From contig LBWB01000003.1 in assembly GCA_000993405.1 (NCBI GenBank), forward strand, positions 1-53,735: a stretch of DNA of 53,735 nt. The letters are read 5' to 3'. The translations under genes and the position numbers were made by a program. Source of the stretch: Candidatus Woesebacteria bacterium GW2011_GWB1_39_12 (GTDB taxonomy: Bacteria > Patescibacteriota > Microgenomatia > UBA8517). The notes beneath the pieces are model-generated. The model had not been told where the DNA came from. It saw nothing but the letters and a program-made list of their open reading frames with translations, and did not search any database. Position 1 is the stretch's first letter; each line of letters begins with the position of its first letter. Shown here piece after piece: positions 31,574 through 43,442 of the stretch.

Positions 31574-32989
31574 ATGAACGGATTCAAAATTTCCAAACAT
31601 CTAAAACTTCCACCTGAAGCGGTAGCATGGGTTATCGGATTTCTTGCGAAAAGGAACGCTGGAAAAACATATAACGCCGCGGACTTGTGCGAAGAAATGT
31701 TGAAGGCAAAAATCCCGGTCATAGTTATTGACGGGATGAGTGTGTGGTGGGGGCTACGTTCCGGCAAAGACGGAACAGGCTCAGGACTACCAATTGTGAT
31801 TTTAGGTGGTGAACACGCGGACATTAAACTCGACCCAACGAAAATTGAGAAGGTTGTTGAGGCTCTGCTTCAAACAAACACTAGTGCGGTTCTTGACATA
31901 GGGCAACTTCGTAAGGGCGAGCAAATGCGTGTGGTCACAGCGTTCGTTGAAGAACTCTACCGTCTCGCATTCAAGTATCCAGCAGAACGACACGTCTTCA
32001 TTGAAGAAGCAGACATGTTCGCGCCTCAGAAACCATTCAAAGAAGAATCCCGCTGCCTCGGTGCGTTCGAGGACTTGGTGAAACGGGGTGGTAACCGTAA
32101 TCTTGGTTGCACGTTGATAACTCAAAGGTCAGCATCCCTCAATAAGAACGTGTTAACCCAAGCTGATTGCCTAGTGATTGGTCGAACCACAGCGCCGCAA
32201 GATAAAGCCGCAATTCAAGCATGGGTAGAAAAACACTCAGAGAAAGACAAACATGAACTTGAAGAATGGTACGATAGCCTCAACGGATTAAAGAAAGGCG
32301 AAGCATGGGTATGGAACGCTGACGAAGAATGGAACATATTCAAGAAAGTGCAATTCCGAGAACGAGAAACCTTCCACGCCACACGTAAGTTCATGCTCAC
32401 TAAACACGCGCAGCAAATCAAACTCATGGATGCAACTGAATTCATTGAGAAATTCAAAGATAAATTTGAACCGAAACCAACCCCGAAACCGGTATCTAAA
32501 CCAGAGCCGCATTTAGTTCCAGAAAAAGCAACGTATGACACGAAACATAAGGTTCTCAATATTCCAATCGAACCACCTGTAACTTTCAAATCTGGAGAAA
32601 CAAAGCGATTGCCAGTTCCAACACAGAAAGATGTTGATGCCGCAATGGAAACGGTCAGAGTTAATCAAACCTTACCAAACATTATGGTTCAACAATTCAA
32701 ACCCACAATTCAACTAAGCGTGGAAACCTTACAGGAACCAACTTCAGCGTTAGGTCGCGTGTGTGTAGTGTTAAAGAATGATGCCCAAGCGGGAGGCAGA
32801 CAGGACGCGTGGACAACGAAAAGAATCACCACGCACATTCGCAACCACGCATGGGACGACGCGGGCGTTGAAGACGCCGTGAACCAATTAATCCGCTGGG
32901 AAATTCTTCGCAAGCAAAGCAACAATTACCTACGATTCTATCCTCAAAGAATACAGGTATCTGAAACACAAACACAGATGGAAGTGTAG
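31574..32989 (+). CDS. HerA/FtsK-like (DUF87) P-loop ATPase
   Basis: AKRNAGKT Walker A, VIVID, VFIEEAD.FAP Walker B, RG.N...G..LITQR. Confidence 0.85.
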   Translation: MNGFKISKHLKLPPEAVAWVIGFLAKRNAGKTYNAADLCEEMLKAKIPVIVIDGMSVWWGLRSGKDGTGSGLPIVILGGEHADIKLDPTKIEKVVEALLQTNTSAVLDIGQLRKGEQMRVVTAFVEELYRLAFKYPAERHVFIEEADMFAPQKPFKEESRCLGAFEDLVKRGGNRNLGCTLITQRSASLNKNVLTQADCLVIGRTTAPQDKAAIQAWVEKHSEKDKHELEEWYDSLNGLKKGEAWVWNADEEWNIFKKVQFRERETFHATRKFMLTKHAQQIKLMDATEFIEKFKDKFEPKPTPKPVSKPEPHLVPEKATYDTKHKVLNIPIEPPVTFKSGETKRLPVPTQKDVDAAMETVRVNQTLPNIMVQQFKPTIQLSVETLQEPTSALGRVCVVLKNDAQAGGRQDAWTTKRITTHIRNHAWDDAGVEDAVNQLIRWEILRKQSNNYLRFYPQRIQVSETQTQMEV

Positions 32990-33421
32990 TGTGAATGGTT
33001 AAGAAATTAGTGCTAGAAGGCACGATAAGCTGTATTCACCATGATTATACGGGTTCGATTGGTGAGCAAGCCGCTTTATTCAATCCGAAGGGGTCCACGT
33101 TTTCCCAAATCGATGTTAAGGTTGGACGCAAAGAACTCGCGATAATTCGACCTAACGGAACACGGTTCAACTGGAAAGGTAAAGGCGAAATTCATTCAGG
33201 TGACCGTATCAGAATCACGCTGGAAATCGTCAAGAAGTGAGAGGTGAGGTTCAGATGGTGATGGAAAGTAAGGGTCGCCGATACCTGTGCGGGGAATGTG
33301 AGATAATCCGCAACTCAGTTGAATCCCTAGAAAAACACATGCAGAGCGCACACGACATGACCATAGAAGAAAGCCGCACATACGTAGCAGCCGTCAAACT
33401 GATAACCGAGATGACTCCGCC

Positions 33422-33862
33422 TTGAGAATGACATTAGAAAATTGGAAACGGTTCGAAACACACGGCAAGAAAACTACGATTCGTGCACACCCGCTCCGCA
33501 TCGGCGTACATAGAGTTTGGAGTGGCTCCTATTATCATTCGAAGCTACTTGGTTATGCTGAGGTGCGTGACCCGCGAATAAGGAAATTAGTTAGAGAATT
33601 GGAGCCGAACGATGCGGTTGCAGACGGATTCAACGAACCCACAACTTTCATCATGCATGAGCCAAACCACCTATTCATGGTCCCCAATTCGCTGTCGGCA
33701 TTGCTGATTGAACTCGCACACCGAAACCCTAACTTGACTTTGGACACGCCAGTTTGGATTCATGGAATGAAGCAAATCACCAAAAAAGAATATGAACGTT
33801 TACCACGAGCGCATCTTTCTAAGACAACTGTTAAAACAATCGTGAAGGAACTAACCACATGA
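33422..33862 (+). CDS. ASCH-domain protein
   Basis: GKKTTIR motif and DAVADGF. Confidence 0.7.
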   Translation: MRMTLENWKRFETHGKKTTIRAHPLRIGVHRVWSGSYYHSKLLGYAEVRDPRIRKLVRELEPNDAVADGFNEPTTFIMHEPNHLFMVPNSLSALLIELAHRNPNLTLDTPVWIHGMKQITKKEYERLPRAHLSKTTVKTIVKELTT

Positions 33863-34450
33863 TTTGCCCGAATTGCGGCAGTGACACATACTCATGTTCT
33901 AACTGTGGCAACTCGGAACACGGCGACGATTTTATGAAGTCCCATCATGACCATGAAACAGAACCCGCTAAACTCGACAATATCATACTGCACGACGAGA
34001 AACTTTGGCGCGACCTGCAAGCAGCAGGGTGTTATGAAGACTCGACTAAGGTACTCGTTCGCGGTGCATCAGTCTACAAAATCCCGAAAATAACTTACAT
34101 CTACAAAAACATTTTCAGCAGAAAAACCTGCCCACGCTGCCGTAGTCAAGATACGCATTACATGAAGAAACTGAAGAAACTTCTCTGCCTCGAATGCGGA
34201 ACAAGTTGGCAAGTTAAAATACTCCGTAGAAAGCGTACGCAATGCGAACGCCGAGTAATACGAATTCCACTCACAGTCTACAAAACACGCGGAGACACTT
34301 TCAGCAAGCCTAAAGGTGACCGAGAACAGAGAGCTAGCGATGTCAGGTCGAAAAGAGGCAACCTAGCCGCACATAGAATCAAGGTCAAAAATTGAAGCAT
34401 CACCGTAGACGTAGGCATTCGGGAAAATTGCCTCGAAGGATGCGGAGGTC

Positions 34451-35206
34451 GTGAATAAACAGAAAAAATACGTTAACGGAAAGCTAGTGTCACGAGGCAT
34501 AGAGTGGACAGACTACACAATCAACGCCATTGCAGGTTGCAAGCATGGTTGCGCTTGGCTTATGACTGACGGTAAAGCTCCATGTTATGCGGAAACTACG
34601 GCTGAGGGGGTAGCGTCATCAGCATATCCACAAGGTTTTGCTCACCATTACTACTATCCTGAAAGATTAGATGAGCCTCTGAGTGTGAAAGAGCCGTCAC
34701 GAATTTTCTTGGATTCTATGAGCGATGTCGGGGGATTTTGGGTTCCAGATGAGCAAAGACGCGCCGTTCTCATTGACATGCCGAAGAAAGCGTATTGGCA
34801 CACTTTTCAATCTTTGACAAAGAATCCGAAAGGATTGCTCGGTATTGAGTTTCCGCAGAATGTTTGGGTTGGAGTCAGTACTCCGCCAGATGTTATGTGG
34901 GGTCACGCGTTATCTATGAGGCAGAAACTTCGTAAACTCGAAATTGACTTGCAAACGTTACGAGAGATTAAAGTGAAAACTAAATGGTATTCTATCGAAC
35001 CATTATCGTTGGATTGCGCGGAGCAGTTTCGTAATCATGGTTTAGATTGGGCTGTAATCGGAGCGGCATCGAACGGAGCGAAGAAATATCAACCGAACCC
35101 CGACCATCTAAACAAACTGTTAGAAGTTATGGATGAGCAACATACACCACTTTTTTTCAAGGGGAACTTAATTCATAATCCGCATCGGGAGGAGTATCCG
35201 AAATGA
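34451..35206 (+). CDS. phage gp37/gp68 (DUF5131) family protein
   Basis: IEWTD.T.N...GC..GC...CYAE, IF..SMSD, H.FQ.LTKNP, NVWVGVS, SIEPL, DWAVIG, FFK. Confidence 0.88.
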   Translation: MNKQKKYVNGKLVSRGIEWTDYTINAIAGCKHGCAWLMTDGKAPCYAETTAEGVASSAYPQGFAHHYYYPERLDEPLSVKEPSRIFLDSMSDVGGFWVPDEQRRAVLIDMPKKAYWHTFQSLTKNPKGLLGIEFPQNVWVGVSTPPDVMWGHALSMRQKLRKLEIDLQTLREIKVKTKWYSIEPLSLDCAEQFRNHGLDWAVIGAASNGAKKYQPNPDHLNKLLEVMDEQHTPLFFKGNLIHNPHREEYPK

Positions 35207-35820
35207 GTTCTGCTCTTGACGCGTATGCTTCGGAGACGACAAGCGTTTTCGAGGGAAAAGTTGCGAACGTGTCCTATCACAAGACTGCGAAGGGTGATGT
35301 GTTTGCGCTCGTTTCCGTTTCTGGGGTTGAGAAGCCGCTCGCGATTCCCGTCTCGCAGGTAACGACGAGAACGAAGTCAGGAATAACCACACACAAGTAT
35401 CCAATCCCATCATATGGGAATCATGTGAGTGCGAGTGATGTCCATGAGGGGGAGCTTTGGATTTTTCTAGGTCACCGTAGTATTGTGGAGATTAAGCCGC
35501 CTGATTTTCATGTTTGGCGTAACCCAAGCAAAGTTACGGAGAGCCAAGAGGAGGCTGCGGAAGGAATCATACTAGGCTACTTGAAGGAGCATGACGATAA
35601 GGGTTGTTCACCGAACGATGTGCGGCATGAGATTCAGGAAATCTTTCCCGAGCGCGACCCACACATAGTCGGCGTACCGTTCCTACGTCTCAGCAAGAAG
35701 GGGCTAATACACAAGTATGGGCAAACTCCCTCAGACGATAACCGTCACCACGGTTCGCCAGTAAGCGTGTGGCACCTAACCAAGAAAGGGCAAGAACTTG
35801 TGGCATCTTTCCACAGCTAA
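35203..35820 (+). CDS. hypothetical protein with C-terminal winged helix
   Basis: IILGYL...F.RLSKKGLI...W.LT.KG pattern. Confidence 0.55.
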   Translation: MSSALDAYASETTSVFEGKVANVSYHKTAKGDVFALVSVSGVEKPLAIPVSQVTTRTKSGITTHKYPIPSYGNHVSASDVHEGELWIFLGHRSIVEIKPPDFHVWRNPSKVTESQEEAAEGIILGYLKEHDDKGCSPNDVRHEIQEIFPERDPHIVGVPFLRLSKKGLIHKYGQTPSDDNRHHGSPVSVWHLTKKGQELVASFHS

Positions 35821-38800
35821 AGAATAGAAATAAAGTTGTTTGAGAGCATGTATCGGTTTTTCTCCTATCCTTTTTATGTGCATCCATAGCTCCATATTTT
35901 CCGAAGTCTTATGCCGTTTGATGTGGAAATAGAAATTCAATGCGCGAGTTGCGGAAGCTGGATTCCATTCGGTCTTTATTGCGACCAGTGTGGAATGCGT
36001 CTACTCATCAGTTTAGGGCAAGAAGTAGTTGCGAGATTTTGGTGGTAATCTAAAATGAGTGATTCAGACACTATCAGTGAAATGTTAGATGAGCTTCGTG
36101 CTCTCTGTAATCAAATTGAAGAGTTTGAGAAAGACCGGAAAGAGGCTCAAGCCGAACTTGACGGAACAGACATGGAACTCAGCGTTTTGAAGTCTCAAAA
36201 ACGGAAGAAGATTAGTGAGCTTCGGAAGATGATTACGGAGCACAGCAAAGATAACATCGCATTCCTCAAAGAATTAAACGCATTAATCTGATAAGGTGAA
36301 ATGAGAAATGCCTTACAGTATTGATGTGACCGTTACGGAAATCAAAGCCGACTTCGATGGAGTAGGGAATGAGTATACTCAAGTTTCCTTCGCTTATCGC
36401 ATAAATGTTCCAATGCCCCCAATGCCACAGACCGCGCAAGGCGTACCGATGCCGAAACCTATCATGTACAAACATGCCTTGCATGTAATGATTCCGAAAG
36501 AGAAGTGGCTTAACCAATTCAGTCAGTGGGAGAACTATCACTTAATCGTTCAAGACGACGGGCATGTGGAACTCAAGAAGGCTCAATAAGAATGGTGAAT
36601 CAGAAGAAACGTTTGAATTTGAACAAATCTAGTCTGAGGACGTTGCGTGAGTTCGCGGAAGACCTACCGAGCCGAAACGAAATCGCGGAAACCGTCAACG
36701 ATAAATTCGCTGAACTCCAAGTTGAAGCCTACGAGAACCGGAAAACCCTACTAGCCCTCGGCTTAGTTTTCATTGCGGGGTTAGCGGTTGGCGTGGTAAT
36801 CACGAGAAACGGAGATGAGTGAAGTTGGGAAGTTTCACCTGTCGCCAGTGCCGAAATCAATTACAGTTTGAGGAAGCTAACTATGATGTTGGAAAAGCCA
36901 CATTCACATGTCCCGAATGTAGTGTCGAGTACACGTTTGAGCGCACACACAGATTCCCGATTGAACGATGGAAACTCGTGAAAGCGAAACGCATCAAACA
37001 AGATGAAAAGAAATGAGCAAACCAAAGAAGCATACTTTCACCCAAGTTCAAAATCTTGGCGAAGACCATATCAAATATTTCTGCACGATTCACAATAAGT
37101 GGGAGGAGCAATTTTTCCTTTGAATCAGAATCTAAATGAGCAGTTGGACGCTTTCAGAGCGGAGATGTTCGCTAAGTTCAAAGCCGTCGAGCATAAGCAT
37201 CGAGGAGCCAGCGTCACAGACGATAATATTGATTGGTTGACTTTTGATTGGGAACAGATTGAACAGCATTTCATCGAGGAGTTCGCTGAATACTTCAACC
37301 TCACGAAAGATGAAATCGACCAGCTCATCGGTCTAATTTATCGCTCCGAGAATTATAATGACCCAAGAAAAACCAAGGAAGCCGTTGACGCTGCGAACAT
37401 GTCTTTTCTGATGTGGTGGTATGGAGAGAACAAGAAATGAGAGGCCATCGTTTAGATTATTTTGATGATATGTGTGACTACGCTGCGATTACTAAATCTC
37501 ATTTAGAATGTCTAAATCGCGCAAAACTTGAATGCATTTGCGGTTTAAAGTTTTGTAAACGACATGGGAAAATACACATTAGAAACGAGGAATCGAAATG
37601 AGTGAGGAACTTTGAGTGAGAAGAAAATGTTCGAGGAAGTAATCTTCGTTGATTCTATGAAACTTACCGCTAATGACACGCTTATCCTTGTTGACCGCCC
37701 AGATTACGTTCTTCCACCGCGTTCCCGTTTATGGAAATTTCAGCTAGTTCTGCAAGAGTATCGACGGTGATTCCGACACGCGTGACATATCATCAAGTAC
37801 GGAGTGGACCAAGAACTTTGAATCATAAGAAAATATTCGCGATTTTGTTTGTGGTTGCTGTTGTGATTGGTGCGTATTTGACTAATTCATACGTGCAATC
37901 AACTTTTTACAAGCCTTTGTTGTGTTCCTCTGAGCCTCTACATTCGCAAGCGACCGAAAGGAATTACATCTTCCAATCCCCCGAGCAACTCCACATCTGG
38001 TATGGACAAGACTACTACATGAACTTTGAAAGTTCCGCGTTAGGGCAGCAAATCTACATAGGCACTTTGAGTAGCGGTTATTCAGATGTCTACAGCGCGC
38101 AAATCAATAACGGACAACATGACAGCAAAGACGCACCATTCAACATGGCTAAAGGTGATATGACTTCGGGATTATGGTTTCAGAACGGAGTACTAATCCA
38201 AGTATTTGTATGTGGATGGAAAAAGTGAATAGGAGGGATTTTTGAAAATTGGTTAACGAAAATAATGATGGAACAAGAAAATCTAGAACACTACTGTTAA
38301 TTCTTCATTGTTGGAAGGGTAAGAGTTTGAACGACATCGCACCAATAGTCTTTGAACATACCGGAGACAAAAAGAAGCTGGTAATCTTCAAACTACCAGA
38401 TTTCTTCGACGTAGTATTGCCAGCGAACATGTGGGGGCCAACCCTAGCCGCAATTCGAAACAAGTACGTAGCCGCACTCACACTCGACGAAAAAGACCGT
38501 CTCGACCTGAAGGTGTTGTAGCCGCTTTGAAGCATGAAAATGTGATTATCGTAATCTTGCTGGTTGCGCTCGCAGCCTCGAACGTGGCATGGTACGTGAG
38601 TACGCTGCCTGAACCGTTCAATCCACCAGACGGCTGCTACTATAATGGGAACGTGTACGACTGCCGTAGACTATCCACATTTCGAGAGGTCATATTCAAC
38701 GTAACCAATGCCCCATTAAACAAGCCGTTGCCTAACGTGACCATTCAACTCTACACATTCGACTTGAAACTGCTGTCGGAAAACGTCACGGACAACACTG

Positions 38801-39015
38801 GAATTGCCACCATCAAATTCCCGTACAACGGAACGTTCTACATTGAACTGACCTATTGGATTTACTTCAGACAGGGCGGTATCGAGAAGTATCATAGGTG
38901 GGCATTGTTCACAGCTAACACGAACGGAGACTACTTCACATACGACCTCTCATTGGGGCCAGCAGACTGGCCCACCACACCGCAACTCGAAAACCCATGA
39001 AAGTTCTCTAAGGGG

Positions 39016-39174
39016 TTGAGTCTAAGCTTGAGTGAGGAATTCGAGGACGATGACCCTGAGCTTCTAGGGGACGATAACGACTTGGACATTGTGGACGAGG
39101 AGGAAGAGGAGGCTGAGTGCGCATGGTGCGGGGAGATGCCGTGCAAGTGCGCCGAGTTAGCGGAGGCTGCGTGA
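39016..39174 (+). CDS. highly acidic Cys-containing micro-protein
   Basis: Hand translation MSLSLSEEFEDDDPELLGDDNDLDIVDEEEEEAECAWCGEMPCKCAELAEAA; GTGA overlap with primase. Confidence 0.6.
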   Translation: MSLSLSEEFEDDDPELLGDDNDLDIVDEEEEEAECAWCGEMPCKCAELAEAA

Positions 39175-40469
39175 TTGTGGAGAACACACTCAAAGAATAC
39201 TACCAACACGCGGAGTTAACGGTTCCAGAGAACTCTAAATTTCACCATTTTCGTTTCCGGCTTCAATCTGGAAGTTGGCTGGGCATTAAGGACACGGTAC
39301 GTTCACCTGAAGATTTGCGGCGCTGGCTTCTTATCCTTACCCCAATGGATGTGTATAATTCCGCTAACTGTTTTCTAAATCCTTCGAGCATGTCTTACGT
39401 TAAGTTTGACGGGAAAAAAGCAGGTTGGAACATTAGTTCGAATATCATGTTGTGGGACGGCGCTATCGTTCTCGACACAGACTTCCACATTAGAACGTTC
39501 AACGAGGCGAAGCGTGACGCGCTGGTGATTCTTGATTATCTGTATGAACGCGGCTACGCGGAGAGCGAAGTGAAATTCACTGGGCAGGGATTTCAAACCA
39601 TCGTAGAAAAGCACGAGTTGCATTTGCCGCGGGTCAGTCCGAAAGCCCGTTTCAATTTATATCGCGAAAAGCGAAAACACATCCTTAAAGATTTGCAGGA
39701 ACGCGGCGTTCAAGTGGATGAAGAGATACTTTTAGACGCGAAGCGCATAACGAGAACCATTGGAACCGTCAACTCTAAGAATGGATGTGTTTGTACTAGG
39801 GTGCGGGATTTGGAGGGGTTCGAGGAAACTGAGGCAGTGAAGTTGAATCTGGAAGGTAATGCACCAACAAGCCCCACAAGGGCGATGACAAATTTCTTCT
39901 ATCATGAAAAAGAGGCGGTTGGCCCTCATTGGTGTAAGGGCGAACACACGCGTAGAAAAGAATCGAAACCTGACCAGATTGGCTCTGCGAACTCAGCCCT
40001 CGAACCATCCCCAACCCTATACCTCGGAAGCATAACCATCGGAACTTGCGACAGGCAGATTATTATGCTCCGCTTCAAATCCGATGTGGCCCTCACGCAA
40101 CTTAAAGAGAACCTGAGCAGGTTCGCTATTCATGAGCAACTTGCCCCATTCTTAATCTTCAAATCAGCTAAAGACCCTGAAGGCTTATGGGCGCTCAGTC
40201 CGACGGCTGTGCAAACCTCGGGCATGAAACGGCTACTCAGACGTTTTCCCAGAGATTCAAATGTTTATGTTCGCTTTCACCGGCGCATCGTCCCACTCCC
40301 AATCGAATACGTTGCCCAATCCTCTGGCGTAACAAACTCGGAAATTCCCGTGTCCGCAAGTCATTACAAGTATCTAACGCATTATGGGTTATTGGAGAAC
40401 TTTGTCCCCAAGGTTCTGTGTGGGTCACCCAACTTGCTTTCCACTCCAATCGGAGAAATGAACTCGTGA
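39171..40469 (+). CDS. priS: archaeo-eukaryotic primase, catalytic subunit-like, with C-terminal extension
   Basis: DVYNS, IVLDTD (DxD), FTGQGF, D.KRITR..GTVNSK. Confidence 0.8.
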   Translation: MIVENTLKEYYQHAELTVPENSKFHHFRFRLQSGSWLGIKDTVRSPEDLRRWLLILTPMDVYNSANCFLNPSSMSYVKFDGKKAGWNISSNIMLWDGAIVLDTDFHIRTFNEAKRDALVILDYLYERGYAESEVKFTGQGFQTIVEKHELHLPRVSPKARFNLYREKRKHILKDLQERGVQVDEEILLDAKRITRTIGTVNSKNGCVCTRVRDLEGFEETEAVKLNLEGNAPTSPTRAMTNFFYHEKEAVGPHWCKGEHTRRKESKPDQIGSANSALEPSPTLYLGSITIGTCDRQIIMLRFKSDVALTQLKENLSRFAIHEQLAPFLIFKSAKDPEGLWALSPTAVQTSGMKRLLRRFPRDSNVYVRFHRRIVPLPIEYVAQSSGVTNSEIPVSASHYKYLTHYGLLENFVPKVLCGSPNLLSTPIGEMNS

Positions 40470-40756
40470 AAGTTCTTGCATGGTTCATGTTGTGGCGTGT
40501 GCGCCATGATTTCGCTTGGGCATTTGTTCTACTCTGGGCTCGTATATCACAGTTAGTGCTAGTGTTTCTTTCCAGCTTCAGCCTGTTCATGCTCGCGTAC
40601 GGTGGCGTTGCAAAAGTATCAATGATTCAAAGCCCTTACGGGGAAATACCCTACGAAGTCTGGTTGATGGCTGGTCCAGCGATAGCGGTAACGTTGAATG
40701 ATTTCCGGCGTGGCTTCAATACTCTTTCGAGGCGGGGACGCAGAAGTTAAAAAGAA

Positions 40757-41215
40757 ATGAAAATTCTACACTTAATCACTGGTGTGCTGTGCGGTGTGCT
40801 GATTACGGGGTTTGCGCATGAACCAAGCCATGCCTTATTCGCCTACTACTTAGGCTTAACAATCACTGAATATTTACCGTTGCAAGCCGTCTACACTATT
40901 GGCGTTAACATACCGAATTATGCCATAGCGTTAACCGCCGCCGCCCCATACCTACTAAGCATGAGCGTGGGGTTACTATCCGTAATATTCAACCGTAAGT
41001 CCTTATTCTGGCGAGGTTTCAGTATACCGCTGATTTTTCAGCAGCTCCCCAAGTTCTTCATTCCAGAACTTGAACCAGTACGCGGCTTCCAAATAAGCAA
41101 CGGCGACTGGCTAACTATTCAATACGCTGGAACACTATACGCGCTCGCTTACATAATTACATGCGTAGGCTTTTCAGCGTCATGGCTCATACTAACATTG
41201 CGAAACAAAAGGTGA
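40757..41215 (+). CDS. M50-like membrane metalloprotease
   Basis: HEPSH (HExxH) next to a TM helix, AAPY, NGDW. Confidence 0.6.
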   Translation: MKILHLITGVLCGVLITGFAHEPSHALFAYYLGLTITEYLPLQAVYTIGVNIPNYAIALTAAAPYLLSMSVGLLSVIFNRKSLFWRGFSIPLIFQQLPKFFIPELEPVRGFQISNGDWLTIQYAGTLYALAYIITCVGFSASWLILTLRNKR

Positions 41216-42074
41216 ACACCATTACCCACTAACTCAGAGGTAAAGCTCGCGGAATGGGCAATTTCTCACGGTCTACCGCTTGAGGCTTATTGGAGCGCGA
41301 CTGAGGATGAGCGTCGGCAGATGGTGAAAGACCTCGCACAGCAATATTACTGGAAGGGCTTGACTGAAAATTATCAACGGTTGATGGATAGGCGTGCGCT
41401 CTGGAAAGACGTTGACATTATTGTGAACAGGGAAGCGGAGAATGTTGCGGTTGAGCCTCGACTTCAAAAACTCGAAAAAATCATTGGTGAGGCGAACACT
41501 CGTCGGGAACTGAATCAGGCTAAGGAACGATACGCGGAAATTCCAAGAGAGAAACTGACGGAGCCACAACGACTTGAACGCTACGACAGGCTCGGAACGA
41601 ATCTTTCAACAATCGAAACTGTGATGACTCAAACCGAAGAAGAAGCCACGTTACTGGGACACAGACCTTTCATAACTTCCGAAGAAGCTAGAGAACGAAA
41701 CGCAAACGCATTGCTCAGGTCAGCGAGGGCTGAAGGAATCTCGTCGGCTGGTGGTTCAATGATTGGAAAATCAAATGTGCGATATAGAACTAACACTGAA
41801 CCGCAACCGTTTATCATTCGTGAATATCCCGTGCAATATGACCCACGAAGTCAAACGTGGAGTGAGGTATCCAGATTCAGAGTTTACCGTGAAGATACAG
41901 GTGAGTTTATCGGACAATTCTCGGAGCGACCCACAGCGCGGCAAATCAGAGAACGGTGGCGAAGCTAAAAATGAGCGGTCAAGTTGTTGCTTGTGATGAA
42001 TGTCGCGGGGAGGGTTTTCTGAGGAACGGGACTGTGATGTGCGGAAAATGTCTTGGAACCGGGATGATGGACAA

Positions 42075-42563
42075 ATGAGAAATAATAATCTGTTTCCGTT
42101 TTTGCTGCTCGGGTTCTCGCTGTTTGTGTTTCCGGTGACTGTCTCGTCTGGTCCTGTCGTGTTCGGCTCCAACGCTATGGTGGTTTTTCCTCAAGTTAAT
42201 GCTACTGTAACAAACATGACTGTTACGGTGCAGACTACGACTACTGAAACCACGAAACAGATTACCACTACAAGTTCCACATCAACTTCCATCACCACAA
42301 CCATCACCTCGACAACTATCACGTTTCCGTCAATCGTCATGTCAACCACCGTGATTTCGAACACTCAAACCAACATTATCAGTTTAACAACCACGACCAC
42401 TCACACGACGAACGCTCTCGCTTTAGTGTGGCAGGGGCAGGATATGACCACACTTGTAGCCATAGCCATATTTGCAATAATCTGCATCGGCGCAGTCGTA
42501 ATCTTCAAAATCGCTGGACAGAAGGGAGATAAGCCAGTTGGGTCTCAAAGAAAAATTAGTTGA
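42075..42563 (+). CDS. Thr-rich membrane-anchored (likely glycosylated) protein
   Basis: Signal peptide, T/S-rich stalk, C-terminal TM helix. Confidence 0.7.
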   Translation: MRNNNLFPFLLLGFSLFVFPVTVSSGPVVFGSNAMVVFPQVNATVTNMTVTVQTTTTETTKQITTTSSTSTSITTTITSTTITFPSIVMSTTVISNTQTNIISLTTTTTHTTNALALVWQGQDMTTLVAIAIFAIICIGAVVIFKIAGQKGDKPVGSQRKIS

Positions 42564-42891
42564 ATACGGTGTCACTAAAAGAACTGCGCCAGCAGCCGCA
42601 ATTCTAATCCCAATCAAATCCTTACTCTTCATGTACGCGGTAACATTCATGGTTGACAAGTTGGGGCCGCTGCAAATTCAAGTGCTCGGCTTAAGCGTGT
42701 ACGCCTTGTTCACTGAGGGCACCGGCTGGTTCATCAGCATAGTTGGTAATGATATTGCGAAAAACCTGTTCGGAATGAGCAACCTTGTGGATAAGTTTCT
42801 CTTCAGGACTATAAGCGATATTAGCTATATCTTAATACAAGTCGCGTTAGCCGCAGTATTCTTCATAATCCTCCAAATCATATTCATGTAG
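42538..42891 (+). CDS. small multi-pass membrane protein
   Basis: Three hydrophobic segments. Confidence 0.65.
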   Translation: MGLKEKLVEYGVTKRTAPAAAILIPIKSLLFMYAVTFMVDKLGPLQIQVLGLSVYALFTEGTGWFISIVGNDIAKNLFGMSNLVDKFLFRTISDISYILIQVALAAVFFIILQIIFM

Positions 42892-42924
42892 ATTATGATT
42901 GGCTACTGAGAAGGCATTATCAAA

Positions 42925-43395
42925 ATGAGTGAAAAGAAAAAGCGCCAGACCAATTTGTGGGCTGTTAACCTTAGTCGCCTTGATGACCCTTTGCTAAAAT
43001 GCTTAGAAAAAGAGGCAGAAGTCAGCAACCTAATTCGACCTGACGGCTCAATAAACAAAAGCAGATTAATGGAAACACTAGCGAGCGAAGCATTGCAAAT
43101 GCGTTTTCAGAAACGCGGCTACATGGAGGGCTTAGGGTTACTAGCTGAGTATCGTCGCCGTCGTGAAACCATTGAGGCTATTGCTACTGGGAAACCTTTA
43201 CCGTCCGCAATGCTCGCGCAACCAATCCCGCAAACAGCAACGCCCACAACTCCCACTGTACCAGTAAGCGAGTCCACACCAATCCCATCGCCAACACAAA
43301 CCACACCAACACCAGCGAAACCGTCAGAAAAGAAACCACGACGCGAAGGCACGTTCATAATTTCGTCAAGCGGGCATATGCGGGAGTCAAAGTAG
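42925..43395 (+). CDS. possible ribbon-helix-helix protein with Pro/Thr-rich tail
   Basis: Beta-alpha-alpha pattern ending NKSRLMETL. Confidence 0.45.
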   Translation: MSEKKKRQTNLWAVNLSRLDDPLLKCLEKEAEVSNLIRPDGSINKSRLMETLASEALQMRFQKRGYMEGLGLLAEYRRRRETIEAIATGKPLPSAMLAQPIPQTATPTTPTVPVSESTPIPSPTQTTPTPAKPSEKKPRREGTFIISSSGHMRESK

Positions 43396-43442
43396 GGAAG
43401 GCTTTTTAACGTCACCATGACGATACTTACGCTTGGTAGCAT

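Noticed and set aside
40395-40404. GAGAACTTTG inside the primase gene (similar internal hits near 11089 and 12279)
   Set aside because: Internal to coding sequence with no convincing downstream ORF; probably chance.
42230-42410. ACN-rich low-complexity tract as a DNA repeat
   Set aside because: Explained by Thr-rich coding sequence.
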